From: Utricularia gibba
Taxonomy: Eukaryota > Plantae > Magnoliophyta
Direction of reading: 5' to 3'
DNA length: 64,000 bases
Assembly (NCBI GenBank): GCA_002189035.1
Contig: NEEC01000017.1
Coordinates: forward strand, 2,576,392-2,640,391
The notes under the pieces are model-generated. The model saw only the letters and a list, made by a program, of their open reading frames with translations, did no database searches and was not told the DNA's origin. The translations under genes were made by a program, and so were the position numbers. Positions 36,691 to 49,796 of the stretch are shown in pieces; the first letter of the stretch is position 1; the number at the start of each line of letters is the position of its first letter.

Positions 36691-39650
36691 ATGGGACTTC
36701 TGCTGCCCGTACTTTCCATCCTATTCCTTTTGATCTCATTATCATCACACTCCTGGACACTGCCACAGAAGTTGGAGCCATTTTCTGTGGCGTACCAGAA
36801 TAGAACAGCAATTTCCGAATTCCGGCTAGTCAACCGGAGGAAGCTGGTCTCGTGTGACACGATCAACCCCAGTAACAAAATCGAAATCCTCCTTCCTAAT
36901 GGAAACATGAAGCTCCCGGATGACAGCATGATCACTGTGCAGATCTCTGGTGTACTCGTCCCAGGAAAGGATGATTGGGTTGGCTTGATGTCCACATCGA
37001 ATGCAGCGTAGCAACTCGCGATAACTTATACTTCATAATTTGTTCTTTGGTTACTAGTTACTACTCCCCTTCCCTTTCTATACCAACTCTGTGTTTGTTG
37101 CTTTGGGTACGCAGTTCTGGTACTTGCTTGGATAACCATGACTTGTACCTCGAAACTGGGGATTATGACACCTTACCTCTTGTCTGCGATTATCCCGTCA
37201 AGGTAGCTACACCTTTGTTATCCGTCTCCTTTCCTTTTTGAGGAAGTGGTTACAGCCAGCAGAAATGAATTCACTTATTGATCTTTGTGTGGGTGCAGTC
37301 TCAATATGTGAGTAATGACCCAAACTACCTGACCTGCAAGAAAACAGAATGCCTGAGTGTCGATCAAACCGGGAAATGCATCTTATCAGCCTGCACGGCT
37401 GAACTAGTTTTTCACGCCATTAACATAAGAACTGATCTCAAAGCTGTCTTCTTCGGAGGCGGATACACTACTCCCTGTGTTTTGGCTACGTCGCCAAGTG
37501 TATCTTTTGCCAATCCGAGTCACCCCCTTCATGGTCACCTTAACAGCATAGATTCCACAGGAACTTCGGTATGTTTTTACCTACCACGGCCTTTTTTAAA
37601 AGAAGAAGGATATCGATTACCAGAGGATAGTAAATTCTTTTGTAATCCCGAAAAACTTATTTCTGGTAACTGTCAGATGAGATTAACTTGGGTGAGCGGC
37701 GAAAAAGCCCCTCAGCAAGTTGAATATGGATTCGGGATGACGCTGACGTCAACTGTGACCACGTTTACCAAGTCTGATATGTGCACCAGTGAGAATAAGT
37801 TTAGATCATGGCAGCTCATTTGGTTTATCTGAATGCGTCTGCATGATTATGTTGTCATTCATCAGGCGTCATGCTACCTAGCCCTGCAGTGGATTTCGGA
37901 TGGCATGATCCTGGTTTTATTCACAGTGCAGTCATGACTGGTCTCAATCCTTCATCTTCTTATACCTACAGATACGGAAGGAAAGTACATACTGTTGGTT
38001 ATGTGAATAGTAACTATTCTTGTATAGTGTCTGGTATGATTCATCATGTGTTTTGGATTGATGGAGCAGTGATGCGGCAGGGTGGAGCGAAATCTTCAAT
38101 TTCAGGACCCCGCCGGCGGCTGGAAATCCAGAGTTGGCATTCATTGCATTCGGTGATATGGGGAAGACCCCCCTGGATAAATCTGACGAACACTACATCC
38201 AGGCAAGGGAAGGGGAGGGGAATGTGAAATCTCAGATTTAATCTAATCTGAGGAGTAACACAACATAATCCATCACTCTATTCCAATTCTTTCCTTGTTG
38301 TTGTTCCGCAGCCAGGGGCGTTGTCGGTTATCAATGCCATGCTTGATGACATAAACTCTGGGGTGATCGACTCTGTGTTCCACATTGGAGACATCAGCTA
38401 CGCTACGGGGTTTCTCGTAGAATGGGACTACTTTCTCAGGCAAATCACACCAGTAGCCTCGCGTGTGGCTTGGATGACCGCAATCGGCAACCACGAGAGG
38501 TGCTCAGGCCATGACATGAAATGAATATTCATTCACCCGGTAACGAAGAAAATTAACTGACAGAAGGAATGAATATATCCATCCAGGGATTTCCCGGAGA
38601 GTGGATCGGTGTATGTAACTGCGGACTCTGGTGGTGAGTGTGGTGTGGCATACGAGACATACTTCCCCATGCCGACTGAAGCCAGGGACAAGCCGTGGTA
38701 CTCCATCGAGCAAGGACCCGTCCATTTCACCATAATCTCAACAGAGCATTCTTGGATTCCAGGGTCAGAACAGGTAGTAAAACCACCAAAACACCTTATC
38801 TTCTGTCTTGTGATCTCAACTCTCTTTCATGTTGCTGCTGCTGCAGTATCTCTGGATGGAGCAGGACTTGGCATCCGTGGACAGAGCCAGAACCCCCTGG
38901 GTTGTCTTTCAAGGGTAAGGAATAAGGGTAATAGTAATACTAATTCAGGCTCCATTCAACAACTTTTTGCATAATCTTCCAGAAATGATCCTTCAAATCT
39001 TCAAATATCATGCATATGGTGGAACTGATCGACACCCCTTTTTTTTACCAGTCACAGACCGTTCTACACGTCGAGCGTGGAGGATCCTCTTCTTCCAAAC
39101 GGGGACCTGGACCCCTTGTTCAACCTCTACGTGGAACCGTTGTTGCTAAAACACAAGGTTGATATTGTCTTGGTGGGACATGTTCACAACTACGAGAGAA
39201 CCTGCGCTCTTTACAAGGATGAGTGCATTCAACGGCCAACTAGAGACGGATTGGACACCTACGATTTCACAAAGTACCCAGCTCCAGTTCACGTCATCAT
39301 CGGAATGGCCGGATTTGAACTGGAGAGCTTCGCCACAACGGTACCACACTCAACCATATAAAAGCATTCATTCATCAAGGACACCAAACTGATCCCTATT
39401 CCCCACCATATACTCCAGAATTCATGGAGTATGTCCAGGATCACAGAATTCGGATATGCCAGATTATATGCCACAAGGACCGAGATCACATCCGAGGTAA
39501 TTAATTATTCGTCCCTCCGTCCGTCGTACACAAACTCGTCCTTTTCTAAACGCAAACATGCTCTCTGTCTCTATCTCTTTTGGCGTACCGCAGTTTGTGA
39601 GTGCCAACAGCAAGCAAATCCTCGACAGCTTCAAGATCAGGAAATGGTGA
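36691..39650 (+). CDS. Secreted purple acid phosphatase / nucleotide pyrophosphatase (PAP27/NPP-like)
   Basis: Signal peptide MGLLLPVLSILFLLISLSSHSWT; fibronectin-III-like region (FGWHDPGFIHSA); metal-ligand motifs FGDMG, GDISY, GNHE, GHRP and GHVH all present. Confidence 0.92.
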
Positions 39651-40724
39651 TGGATGCGGGGATGGGTAAGCGCCCAGCGCATTGTCACCCCAGCTGCTTA
39701 TCTAGTCGCCTAATAAATAGGAGAAGTAGACATGAGACCTCGTACATTCCATTTTACTTCCAACGAGTTTTTGCTTTTGCCATGGTCCATCGGAGATCAA
39801 ACATGCGATGCCAGGCATCTGTGGTGGTTGAGTCAACAGGCACTCGACAACACGGTCCCTGGCAACCCTGTTGAATAAGACGTCATACCTAAATGGCTGG
39901 TGCAACTGCAACACACAAGCCATGGTCATGATTTTTAAGTATCTCAAATATTATCACAGCTCAGCTCAGCTCCTTGAACACTACACACACGCACACACAT
40001 CCCTTTAAATCGTCTCTTCATCTTCCTTGATGCAGTCACACCACCCCTAGTCCTAGTCCTGATCATTTGTAAACTACTTTTAGGTCATATTTTGTAGATG
40101 TGTTCAAGTCCTTAAACGCGTGCCTGTATACTAAGTATTTGGTAATATCAAAACAAATTATATTTGATTACTTTTTTTCTCAAGTGCAACTGAGCAATGA
40201 CTTTTGGCATGGGAAATAGTACCATGATGTTATAAACATAGAAATATAGTAAATATGTCAACGATTGCAGTAAAATTGAATAATCTTTACATATCTTTGA
40301 AGAAAAGGGCGGGTGGAATTGAGCATCATGTTTATGATCGAAATTGCAGTATAAATGAAACTCAAATCAGCTTGTATTATTAATTATTCTAAAAAATATA
40401 TATATAATAAAACTTGTCTATTAAAGATACTTTTAATTTTAATTATATATTGCAAGTTTACACAACATAACTCAATAAAGAAATTCCGTTGCCGAATTCT
40501 CTCCTGTGCACCAACTAAAATCAAGTCGTGGTTTCTACTTTCGACCTTCAGTTGTCACTGCGCCTGCCTTTTTGTTGTATTGTTTTTTGAGGGGTCTACG
40601 CAGCTTCCGCATTTGGCATTGGTGTTTTTCCTCGGAGGTTGCGGGCAGGCTGGTTACGGGGTCACCAGTCGTGTTTCTCAACTTGTGCCGTCAAGAAACG
40701 CTTTGTGGGTAGCAGGTGAAGTAA

Positions 40725-43700
40725 ATGGAGTTCGCATCGCGGTGTTTAAGAATTATGAATCGTTCAGCTCATCCCACGTGTTACCGTACGTCGGAGGCTT
40801 TTCTGAATCCGTTTGGCCATGTTCTTCAGTCAAATCGGATTGCAGCAATCACTGGAGCCAGAAGTCTCACTAGTAGGACCAGGTTTTCGAATTCCCCATG
40901 GTTGATGCCTAGGCTCAATATAAATGGTTTTCTATCCGACTTCCCCTCAAAACCTCCATCTACAACAGTGAGCAAATTTCTTTTCACCTTCTCTGTATGC
41001 TTTTGTAATGTTATTGTGTATGAACCAGAGGATTTGTTGTTGAAGTTAATGCCCTCTTTATCTGTTTGTGAGTTATCATCAATAGAGAACGCAGCCAAAT
41101 GGGTATGCGCGATTCTCAACAGAAGCAAAGCCTCCGCCAAAGCCAGAGCAAACAACTGCATCTAAGAAAACCCAAAATTCCGTCGAGCAAGTCCCTGACG
41201 CAAAGATCATTGCAACTCTCGCTAAGTACCTATGGATGAAAGATAACTTGGAATTCCGTTTCCGGGTCGTTGCTGCCTTGACTCTCCTTGTTGGCGCAAA
41301 AGTAACTTTTTAAATGACGACTTTTTCAGTCATGAGATTTATGATTATAATGGCCTAAATGTATCTTTCGGGTATATAGGTGATAAATGTTCAGGTGCCA
41401 TTCCTGTTTAAGTTGGCTGTTGATTCTTTAGCAACCGCCACAGGCAATGCAAATTCATTAGCTGACTTAGCAGCTTCTAATCCTGGTATTGTAGCCTTTG
41501 TTGCCAGCCCTGCTGCAATTCTCATTGGGTATGGTATTGCCCGAACAGGAGCATCTGCCTTCAATGGTACTTTTGGGAGGTTTCCATAGCGTAGTTTTTT
41601 AAATTTCCTGTCACATCAAAATTGAGGTTATTCTGTAAGTTAAAATATACATTCGTTATTTTTTTTTTTCAATCTAATTCTGAAAAGTGTCTGTGGAATG
41701 ATGTTGTTTTGTTTTTTCGTTCCTCGTATTTTATTCTTACAGAACTGAGAACAGCAATATTCTCCAAAGTGGCCTTACGGACGATAAGGCAAGTTTCCCG
41801 AAAGGTAAAGAGCAAGCTACTTTCATATGATAAAACTGGAAACGTTTCATCTCTAGCTTGCATGATCATGACATCTTCCTGCAGGTTTTTTCCCATTTGC
41901 ATCAGCTTGACTTGCGATACCATCTTAGGTGTGTTGTCACATAGTTTCTTTTGTAAGAAAATTCTTAGCTTATATATGTTGTGCATTTTAGTATCTGTAC
42001 GCCATAGATGATCCAATATCCTGAAATTCACTATAGAACCTGCTCAGTGATCATTGATCGCATGTTAATACTTAGCCTTTCTTTTTGTCTACCGTTCAGC
42101 ACGAGCCTCATTTGACATTTTGTATTGTAGCCGAGAAACAGGTGCTCTTAATCGAATAATTGATCGTGGAAGTCGTGCTATAAATTTTATTCTTTCGTCT
42201 ATGGTTTTCAATGTTGTACCTACTATATTAGAGGTAAAGTTTGTCCTAATATTTTCTTTCTTTTCTCTTTCTAGTTTGTGGAAAAGGATTTATAGTTTCG
42301 CTAATTTATTTCAGAACTTATATTTGGAATCACTGAAAGGTCCCATTTTCTTAGATCAAAATTGACTGTGTTTATTTCTTTCAGATATCTATGGTATCCG
42401 CTATCCTTGCCTACAAATTTGGGGTTCCATTTGCATGCATTACTGCGATGTCTATGGCAGTATATATTGCTTTCACCTTGGCCATCACGCAGGTAAATTC
42501 TTTTTACCCCGACGAGACTCCCTCACCCAAGTATGCTATTTTCTTTCACTAAGAATGTTACCATCATAATTGTAACCTGCTTTTTTCATTTGCTTCCATG
42601 TTTAGCCTATGTTCTCTAAATAGGAAGCATCTCTAACAGAATTTTGAAGTTTATTTTTTCCATTTGTTTTCAGTAATCGTCACCTGCTTTTTACTTTGAC
42701 GATTTTCCCTTATGGCTGCAGTGGAGAACCAAATTCAGGAAGGCAATGAACAAAGCTGATAATGATGCAAATAACCGTGCAATTGATTCTTTGATCAATT
42801 ATGAAGTGAGTTGGCCCTTTTCGGTTGTAGTCCCTTGGCATATCATAATACTGAAGCCTTTGGTGCTTTTTAGTCTTAGCACCCTTTCATGCAATTTCAG
42901 ACTGTCAAGTATTTCAACAACGAGAGCTTTGAAGCTGAAAAGTATGATGAGTTTCTCAAAAGTAAGTTTTGCCAGAGTGATCGAGGACTTTCGATTGTGC
43001 ACCATCATGCATGTTGCACTCTCTCTCTCTCTCTATAGATATATATATATATATATATAGATATTTATATATATAACTTCCGTCCCCCATACTGGAGGTT
43101 CATATTTTTTAGCTTGCTATTTGGTGCCATTAAAAAAGAGATTATGTAATGTTTTATCAATCATCAGGATATGAAGATGCTGCCTTAAATACTCAAAGAA
43201 GTCTTGCCTTCTTAAACTTTGGCCAGAGTTTGATTTTTAGCATAGCAATCTCGACAGCAATGATCTGGTCTTCAAGCGGGATTCTCAATGGAAGCATGAC
43301 TGTTGGCGACTTGGTATAGTTCTTTTCCTTTCTCATTTTCTTGTTGCTTGTTTCGAATATCACTGATTGGCTCTTGCTCTTCCCAGGTCATGGTAAATGG
43401 ACTACTTTTCCAACTGTCTCTTCCACTTAACTTCCTTGGGAGTGTATACAGAGAAACAATTCAAAGTTTGGTAGACATGAAATCCATGTTCCAGTTACTT
43501 GAGGTATTTTTTTTGTTTTTTGAGGGGCATTTTTATGTGGTGTTTATTCTTCATTCTCTCAGCGTAGTGACACTATGATGATGCCAATTAAATTGATGAT
43601 CTAGATTGACTAACTCACTTTTAGAAAGAAAAGGCCTATTTTTTGTCTTTATATGGAATGGAACTACGACTAAGGCTTTCATGAAAACCATATTTCCTAC

Positions 43701-45558
43701 ATGATACCTTGTGTCTATCTCCAGGAAAAATCAGAAATTGTTGATCTGGATGGTGCCAAGGATTTGAGGTTTAATGGAGGTACCGTTGAGTTCAATAATG
43801 TTCATTTCAGGTGTGCTTCGTTTTCTTTTTCATGATGATATGATTCTTTTGTATTCCACATGGGAGATGTGAAGAGCTTTGCATCATAGCATTTACGCTC
43901 GTTTATTGTAATGCAGTTATTTGTCGGAGAGAAAGATTCTTGATGGTGTCTCCTTCACTGTGCCCGCTGGAAAAAGTGTGGCTATCGTCGGTACAAGTGG
44001 AAGTGGTAAGGAGATCTTATGTTTGCGTTGGAAACTGCTAGTATACTCTCTAGTCCAACCACAGTGGTTATACCCTCCTGTGATAATTACTGTAACATAA
44101 GGAGATCTTATGTTTGCATTGGAAAATACTACTATGCCCTCTAGTCCAACCACAGTGGTTATACCATCCTGTGCCAGTTATTATGTGACCTTAGTGGTGA
44201 TATCTCTCAAATTCTCTGCAGGAAAATCAACAATTTTAAGACTGCTTTTCAGATTTTTTGATGCCCATTCTGGATGTGTAAGACTGAAATCTTCCTCCCA
44301 TTCTACGTAGATTATAAATGTTGCTTGGTCCCATGATTCTTCCAGGACTTTAGAGAGTTTCTGGTAGTTCGTACATAGGTTATGGAATAATGACAGCTTT
44401 CTTTTTTTTTTTCAGATAAAGATTGACGGCCAAGACATTCAAAAAGTGACTCTTGAGAGCCTCAGAAATTCCATTGGAGTTGTTCCACAAGATACTGTGA
44501 GTTTATAACGTGCATGACCCCTTTTCAGATGTCCAACATATCTGCATTTATGTAAACTTTTGGTGCACAGGTATTTGCTATACTTTTAATTGTGTTTTTA
44601 TGCTGGAAAGTGTGTACATCATGGCAGGTTTTATTTAATGATACCATATTCCATAACATCCATTATGGTCGCCTTTCAGCCACTGAGGAGGAGGTGATTT
44701 TTTCAGTGATGATTTTAAATCAAGCTAATTATAGCAGTTTTGCTTTTTTTTTTTTCCTTGTAAAATATGCCTTCCATGCTAGGTTCATGATGCTGCTCGT
44801 AGAGCAGCAATTCACGATACCATCATGAGATTTCCGGAGCAATATCAAACCGTAGTTGGGGAAAGAGGACTGAAGGTACTAGCATACGGCAGCAGCATTT
44901 AAGATGAAGAGTACATGCTTGGTAGTTTTTTTTGATTCACTATGAATGAAACCTAGTTTCTTCCAATCCGTTTTTTCTGCAGTTAAGTGGTGGTGAAAAG
45001 CAACGTGTGGCACTTGCTCGTACATTCTTGAAATCGCCTCGCATCTTGTACGTCATCTTTATTAGTCGTTCGTTTTTCATCTCCTGGAATACGAGAGATA
45101 TTTTGAAAATCCACTAATGGAGAAGTAGGCCTGTTGCTGGTCCAGAAACAATCATTTATGCTTTGGATTGGTGCAGGTTATGCGATGAAGCCACAAGTGC
45201 CCTTGACAGCACAACGGAGGCAGAAATATTGAATGCCTTGAAGTCCTTGGCTAATGATCGTACATCGATTTTCATTGCTCATCGCCTCACTACCGCAATG
45301 CAGTGTGATGAGGTAACTGGTCGTTGTTATTCTGCGTTTCAATCTGTTCTGATGAGAGGCCAAAGTTTAGCACACTGTTACCTCTAACTAATCTTGGTGG
45401 CTGGGTAGCAGATTGTGGTGCTGGAAAACGGGAGGGTGGTAGAACAAGGTCCACACGACGTTCTGTTGTCCAAGTCAGGCAGATATTCTCAGCTGTGGGG
45501 GCAGCACAACTCCACGATTGATGCCATTGATGCTTCCGCCATCAGACTGGAGTCCTGA
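40725..45558 (+). CDS. ATM3: Mitochondrial ABC transporter B family (ATM3/ABCB25-like), multi-exon
   Basis: [61 protein letters not shown]; Walker A GTSGSGKST, signature [10 protein letters not shown], Walker [17 protein letters not shown]. Confidence 0.93.
43019..43074. repeat. Compound (CT)n/(AT)n microsatellite in an ATM3 intron
   Basis: ctctctctctctct...atatatatatatatatag, read directly. Confidence 0.9.
44007..44178. repeat. Imperfect 91-bp tandem duplication in an ATM3 intron
   Basis: TAAGGAGATCTTATGTTTGC at 44007 and 44098, each followed by CTCTAGTCCAACCACAGTGGTTATACC. Confidence 0.9.
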
Positions 45559-46542
45559 ATTTTTTTTCTTTTTGTTTTTGTTCGCCGTCTCCACCAATTG
45601 CTGCTTGTTTTTCTGAGTAAAGCGACCATCCTTGTTGATTGTGAACAGATGAAGTTGTTGTGATACACCACGTTCATCATCAAGGCCATAGAAAAAAAAA
45701 CAGGAGAAGTCAGGACCCTGGGAGAAAAATGGGATGAGCTCCTCTATTTTTCACATTAAAAAATACAGATACCGGAATCATTTATCTCCAAAGCTTGTGT
45801 GCTGGCTGCTCTATTTTTCTATGTCATGTGCATGTGCAGGCTTTTCCCAAGCTTCATCAGCATCTAGATAAAAAGGTACCTAAACGTATATGCCATCCAC
45901 TGACGTCACTGTGATCGGCAAGACTTGGATAACTCCCTTGCTGCCTTCATCCCCAAGCATACAAAGGGAATTCGAAGAATAGCAAAGACGCTGCTCTGGG
46001 AGATTACCTTGTTGGCCCACGGGAATCGATAAAAAAAAGAAAACCGAAAGCAAATAATGTACTTTGGCAGACAACGTACGTGGAGAAAGCGCTGGCTCCT
46101 CGCAGAGAGATGAAAGCAAGAATCCCTGTAGGCCGACAAGCCCATATAGCTTTTGCGGCAAGAGAGGTCGCAGAAGAAGAGAACGAGCGTTCCCATGTTC
46201 CAACTTGCTGCCTTCTTCTTTGTGACACTATCCGTCAGAAAATCTGAAGCCCAGCCCATTTGGTTGGCTAGAGGCACCAGCCCGGGCTGGGCCGGGCCGT
46301 CGTTCCTCTTCATCATTCTCCTGCACATATGGTAACATTCTACACGACGCAGATTAGTCAGGCTTGCGCTGCCTTGCTTAATAGGTTAAGGTGCGTCTCT
46401 TCGATTTCGTCTGCGATCTTTTTGGTGTCATTTTGAGATTGTAGCTACTTTGAACTGTTTTCTGTTCTCATAGCAACTTCAGGACGCGGTGTACGTGGAC
46501 TTCGTTACTCTTGTTTTATTTTTACCGTGTATTCTTTCGACG

Positions 46543-49503
46543 ATGCCCCTCACTATGAAAGTTAGTAGAAAAGTTGGGGTGGCATTATCGAAACCAAAGG
46601 CCAAACTGAGGCCCAGATGCAGTGACGATGATGAGCATTGTGTAAAGGCAGGACTCGGCATCAGGCTTTCTAAACGTAGTGGTGTCAGTGCTATCGCCAA
46701 GAAAGAAAAGACTGATCATAACAGAAGTTGTCTTCGTGAAGCATCTTCGATCACTAGCTTTAGTAAAAGTCAAACCAAGGCAGGTATTGTTTCGAACATG
46801 AAACAAAGGCATGGGGCATTTGAACCCGCTCCTGGCAAGCACTTTATTCGGAAGAGGGCTGAGGTCGCTGAAGTTGGATTGCTTGATGGTAATTTTTGCA
46901 AGTCCATTTCTGCAAATGAAAATTCCAAGAGTTTGGGAAAGAAGGTGCAGAGTGGTAGCCATCGTGGATTGAAGGGTTCTAGCAGAAATTCATCATTCAG
47001 AGGTAGGGAAACCCATGGAAGTGAAATGGGAAAGACTGAGAGTGTTCTTCAATCAAACCGTCGTGGTAACAGCTTAAGAAGTGGACCAATAAAGATGGAG
47101 CATAACCCTAAAATTCATTTGTCTACTGAAAAGGATGCAACTAGCATGCTGCGTACCGTTGGTTGTGTTAAGAAACCTCACCAGAAAATGGCTACGGGCA
47201 CTAAATTCTTGAATGCTGATGCGTATCTAGTGGAAACCCTTCCAAAGAAGAAAAAGCGGGTTATTCGGTTGGACCCTCATGACATATCAAACAAGAGATT
47301 GGCAGATGATGCAGCTTTTGGTGGTCAGTACTGTTTCTCAGCTTATTTGGCTTGATAATAGCAATAAAATATTATACCTTTTTACATGGTCTTCTCATTC
47401 CTGCTCTAAAGGAGGTGCAATGAAGCAGTTCCTGCGATCAGTGCACTTGTTGCACGTATTCCACGATGTTAGAATCTTGATGCAGTCACTCTTTGTTTAT
47501 GTTACGCAGGCAGCTATCCAACAAACCCTGACAGGAAAGAAGATAGTGGTCCTGGATTGTCTAAGAATGCGCAGTTTCGTGCTATACAACCTAGCCTCTC
47601 TATACTTTCGTTTGTAGAAGAGAACGTAAGGATATAATTGAAGTCATCGTTTCTGCGCTAGTCTAACTCCCATGCCTTCGCAGAATGTTTAATCATGCCT
47701 TGCATTATTGTTATTTCATGAATTAATCAGTTGTTAGGACGTCGACGTGATATTGAGCTTCGGAGGGCTGGCTACAACACTGAAATGTTAGCCTCTCTAG
47801 ATAACATCCCTTTTTCTAGTGGATCAGAAAGGGAACGAATTGAAGTGCCAGTATGCTCCCCTTCAAATTCCCAACGTTATCTATCTATTATTTCAATCTT
47901 TTTTGTGCCACAATGGGCCAATAAAATTGCTGTTGAGACAAATGCCTACAGCTCATGTTTGCTCTATTTGTTCCAGGTTTTCAGGAACAGATTGGAATTC
48001 TTTGCAGCTGCCAAGACTTCCTTTTCATTTCCATCTCCTGACCTCCCAGAGATTGCATTTGCAGGTACTTCAGTTGTTTCTATATGAATCTTCCCTTTCT
48101 GCTGCATTATTTTTTTATTAATGTCATTATATATATTACATCTTAGATTACATTTCTTTAACACTTGTGATGTTAACAAATTCCTTGTGGTCCAAAGCCT
48201 AAATTTACCTAGTGGCAAAATTTTCCTTCATGATGAAGCTATAATGGTGTGATTTACACAACTTTTCCAGATATTTGTGTCTTTGGCTTTAAAAAACATT
48301 AAGAGCAGTTCCATGTATGATCCTGAATCTCCTGTCTAGGACGATCAAATGTTGGGAAGTCGTCCTTGCTTAATGCTCTAACCAGGCAATGGGGTGTTGT
48401 GCGGACGTCAGATAAGCCTGGCCTTACACAGGTGCTTCTTTCATTGCGGCAAAAATCGGTTATTTTCATGATGTGAAAATTAACATCTTTGAAGCATTTC
48501 TCCAGACAATAAATTTCTTTAAACTCGGACAAAAATTATGCTTGGTGGATCTGCCAGGATATGGCTTTGCTTATGCTGATGTCAAGGTGAAGGAGGCTTG
48601 GCAGAAACTTGTGAGTAATCTGGTGCACCTCAAGCACATTGTTCTTTACGCATCATCATCTGGGATTTGTTTTTTGGTGGCTTATAATCATGTACAATTT
48701 ATATGCTATTGGAGTCAATATGCAATGGTTTGCATTAAATAATGGACCTGTTGTTTGTACTTTTTCAAAGCATCTCTTCGTGTATTTGCTGCATGTATCC
48801 TTGTGAGTATATGGACGTTCCCCCTTCATTGTTGATGAAATGTTTTTTGAACATTGAGCATTGGCACGGGATACTCGTAATTTCACATTTGGTTATCCAT
48901 TCAAGCTTCCATGATGTTATGCATACATTTTAGGTGAAGGAGTATGTGGCTACCCGGAGTTCTCTACAGAGGGTATGCCTGCTTGTTGACACAAAGTGGG
49001 GTATGAAGCCAATGGATGGTGAACTTGTTGATTTGATGGAACAGTGAGAAAAACTTATTTACGTCTGCAACCTTGGTTGATGTGTTTCCCAGATGAGCAA
49101 CATAATAGATTACATGGCATGGTTGTAGGTCGCAAACCAAGTACCAAATTGTCTTGACAAAAACAGATTTGGTTTCTCCAATTGATGTGGCTCGTCGTGC
49201 GATGGAAATTGAAGAGGCAAGTTTGTGTGTTCCGGGCTAGGGATTGTATTCCAATTGATTTGTTTTTTCCCTGGCTCACTAGAGTTCTTTTGTTTTGTGC
49301 ATTTTTTTTTTTGCAGAACCTCAAAGCAAATAAATCTGCATTGAAACCCTTGGTATGTAATGTATGACATCTAGCTTTCAATGTTAAGATTTCTTGTCAT
49401 GGTAAATTTGGTGCTACAGATGATGGTGAGCTCAAAAACGGGAGCTGGCATCAGGAGTTTAAGAACTGTTCTTTCAAATGTTGCCCGCTTGGTGAAGTGC
49501 TAG
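46543..49503 (+). CDS. EngB/YsxC-type GTP-binding protein with long basic N-terminal extension
   Basis: LPEIAFAG / [13 protein letters not shown] (G1), TSDKPGLTQ (G2), LVDLPGYG (G3), VLTKTD (G4), VSSKTGAG (G5). Start is 46543 or 46555. Confidence 0.9.
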
Positions 49504-49796
49504 GGTGGATGCCTTAAGTGGTACTTCGTTGTTTAATCTTTTTTTTTTTTTTGAGAAAGCGTTGTTTTATATGTTAGAACGGGGGTAGAGTGTTCTCAAG
49601 TGTTGAGTGGTTATTATCCTCTCTGTAGATGTGTGATTCTTCAGGGCTGCAATCAAATTCTGCACGTGTTGAAACATGTTCACGCCAATATTGTTCCGAC
49701 TGTCAGCAGCTGCTTCTGCTTCCTGCACGGACGATGCTCTTTGTTGCGACGTTTTGAGGTAGAACTCTTGCTGGATTTGCGCCCGTGGGACTTGAA

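Noticed and set aside
39702-39947. 81-aa minus-strand ORF downstream of the phosphatase
   Set aside because: No peptide-hormone or domain motif recognised; probably overlaps the phosphatase 3' UTR.
47471-47482. AGAATCTTGATG, first 12 nt of miR172
   Set aside because: Match breaks after 12 nt, lies in an intron, and I see no star arm.
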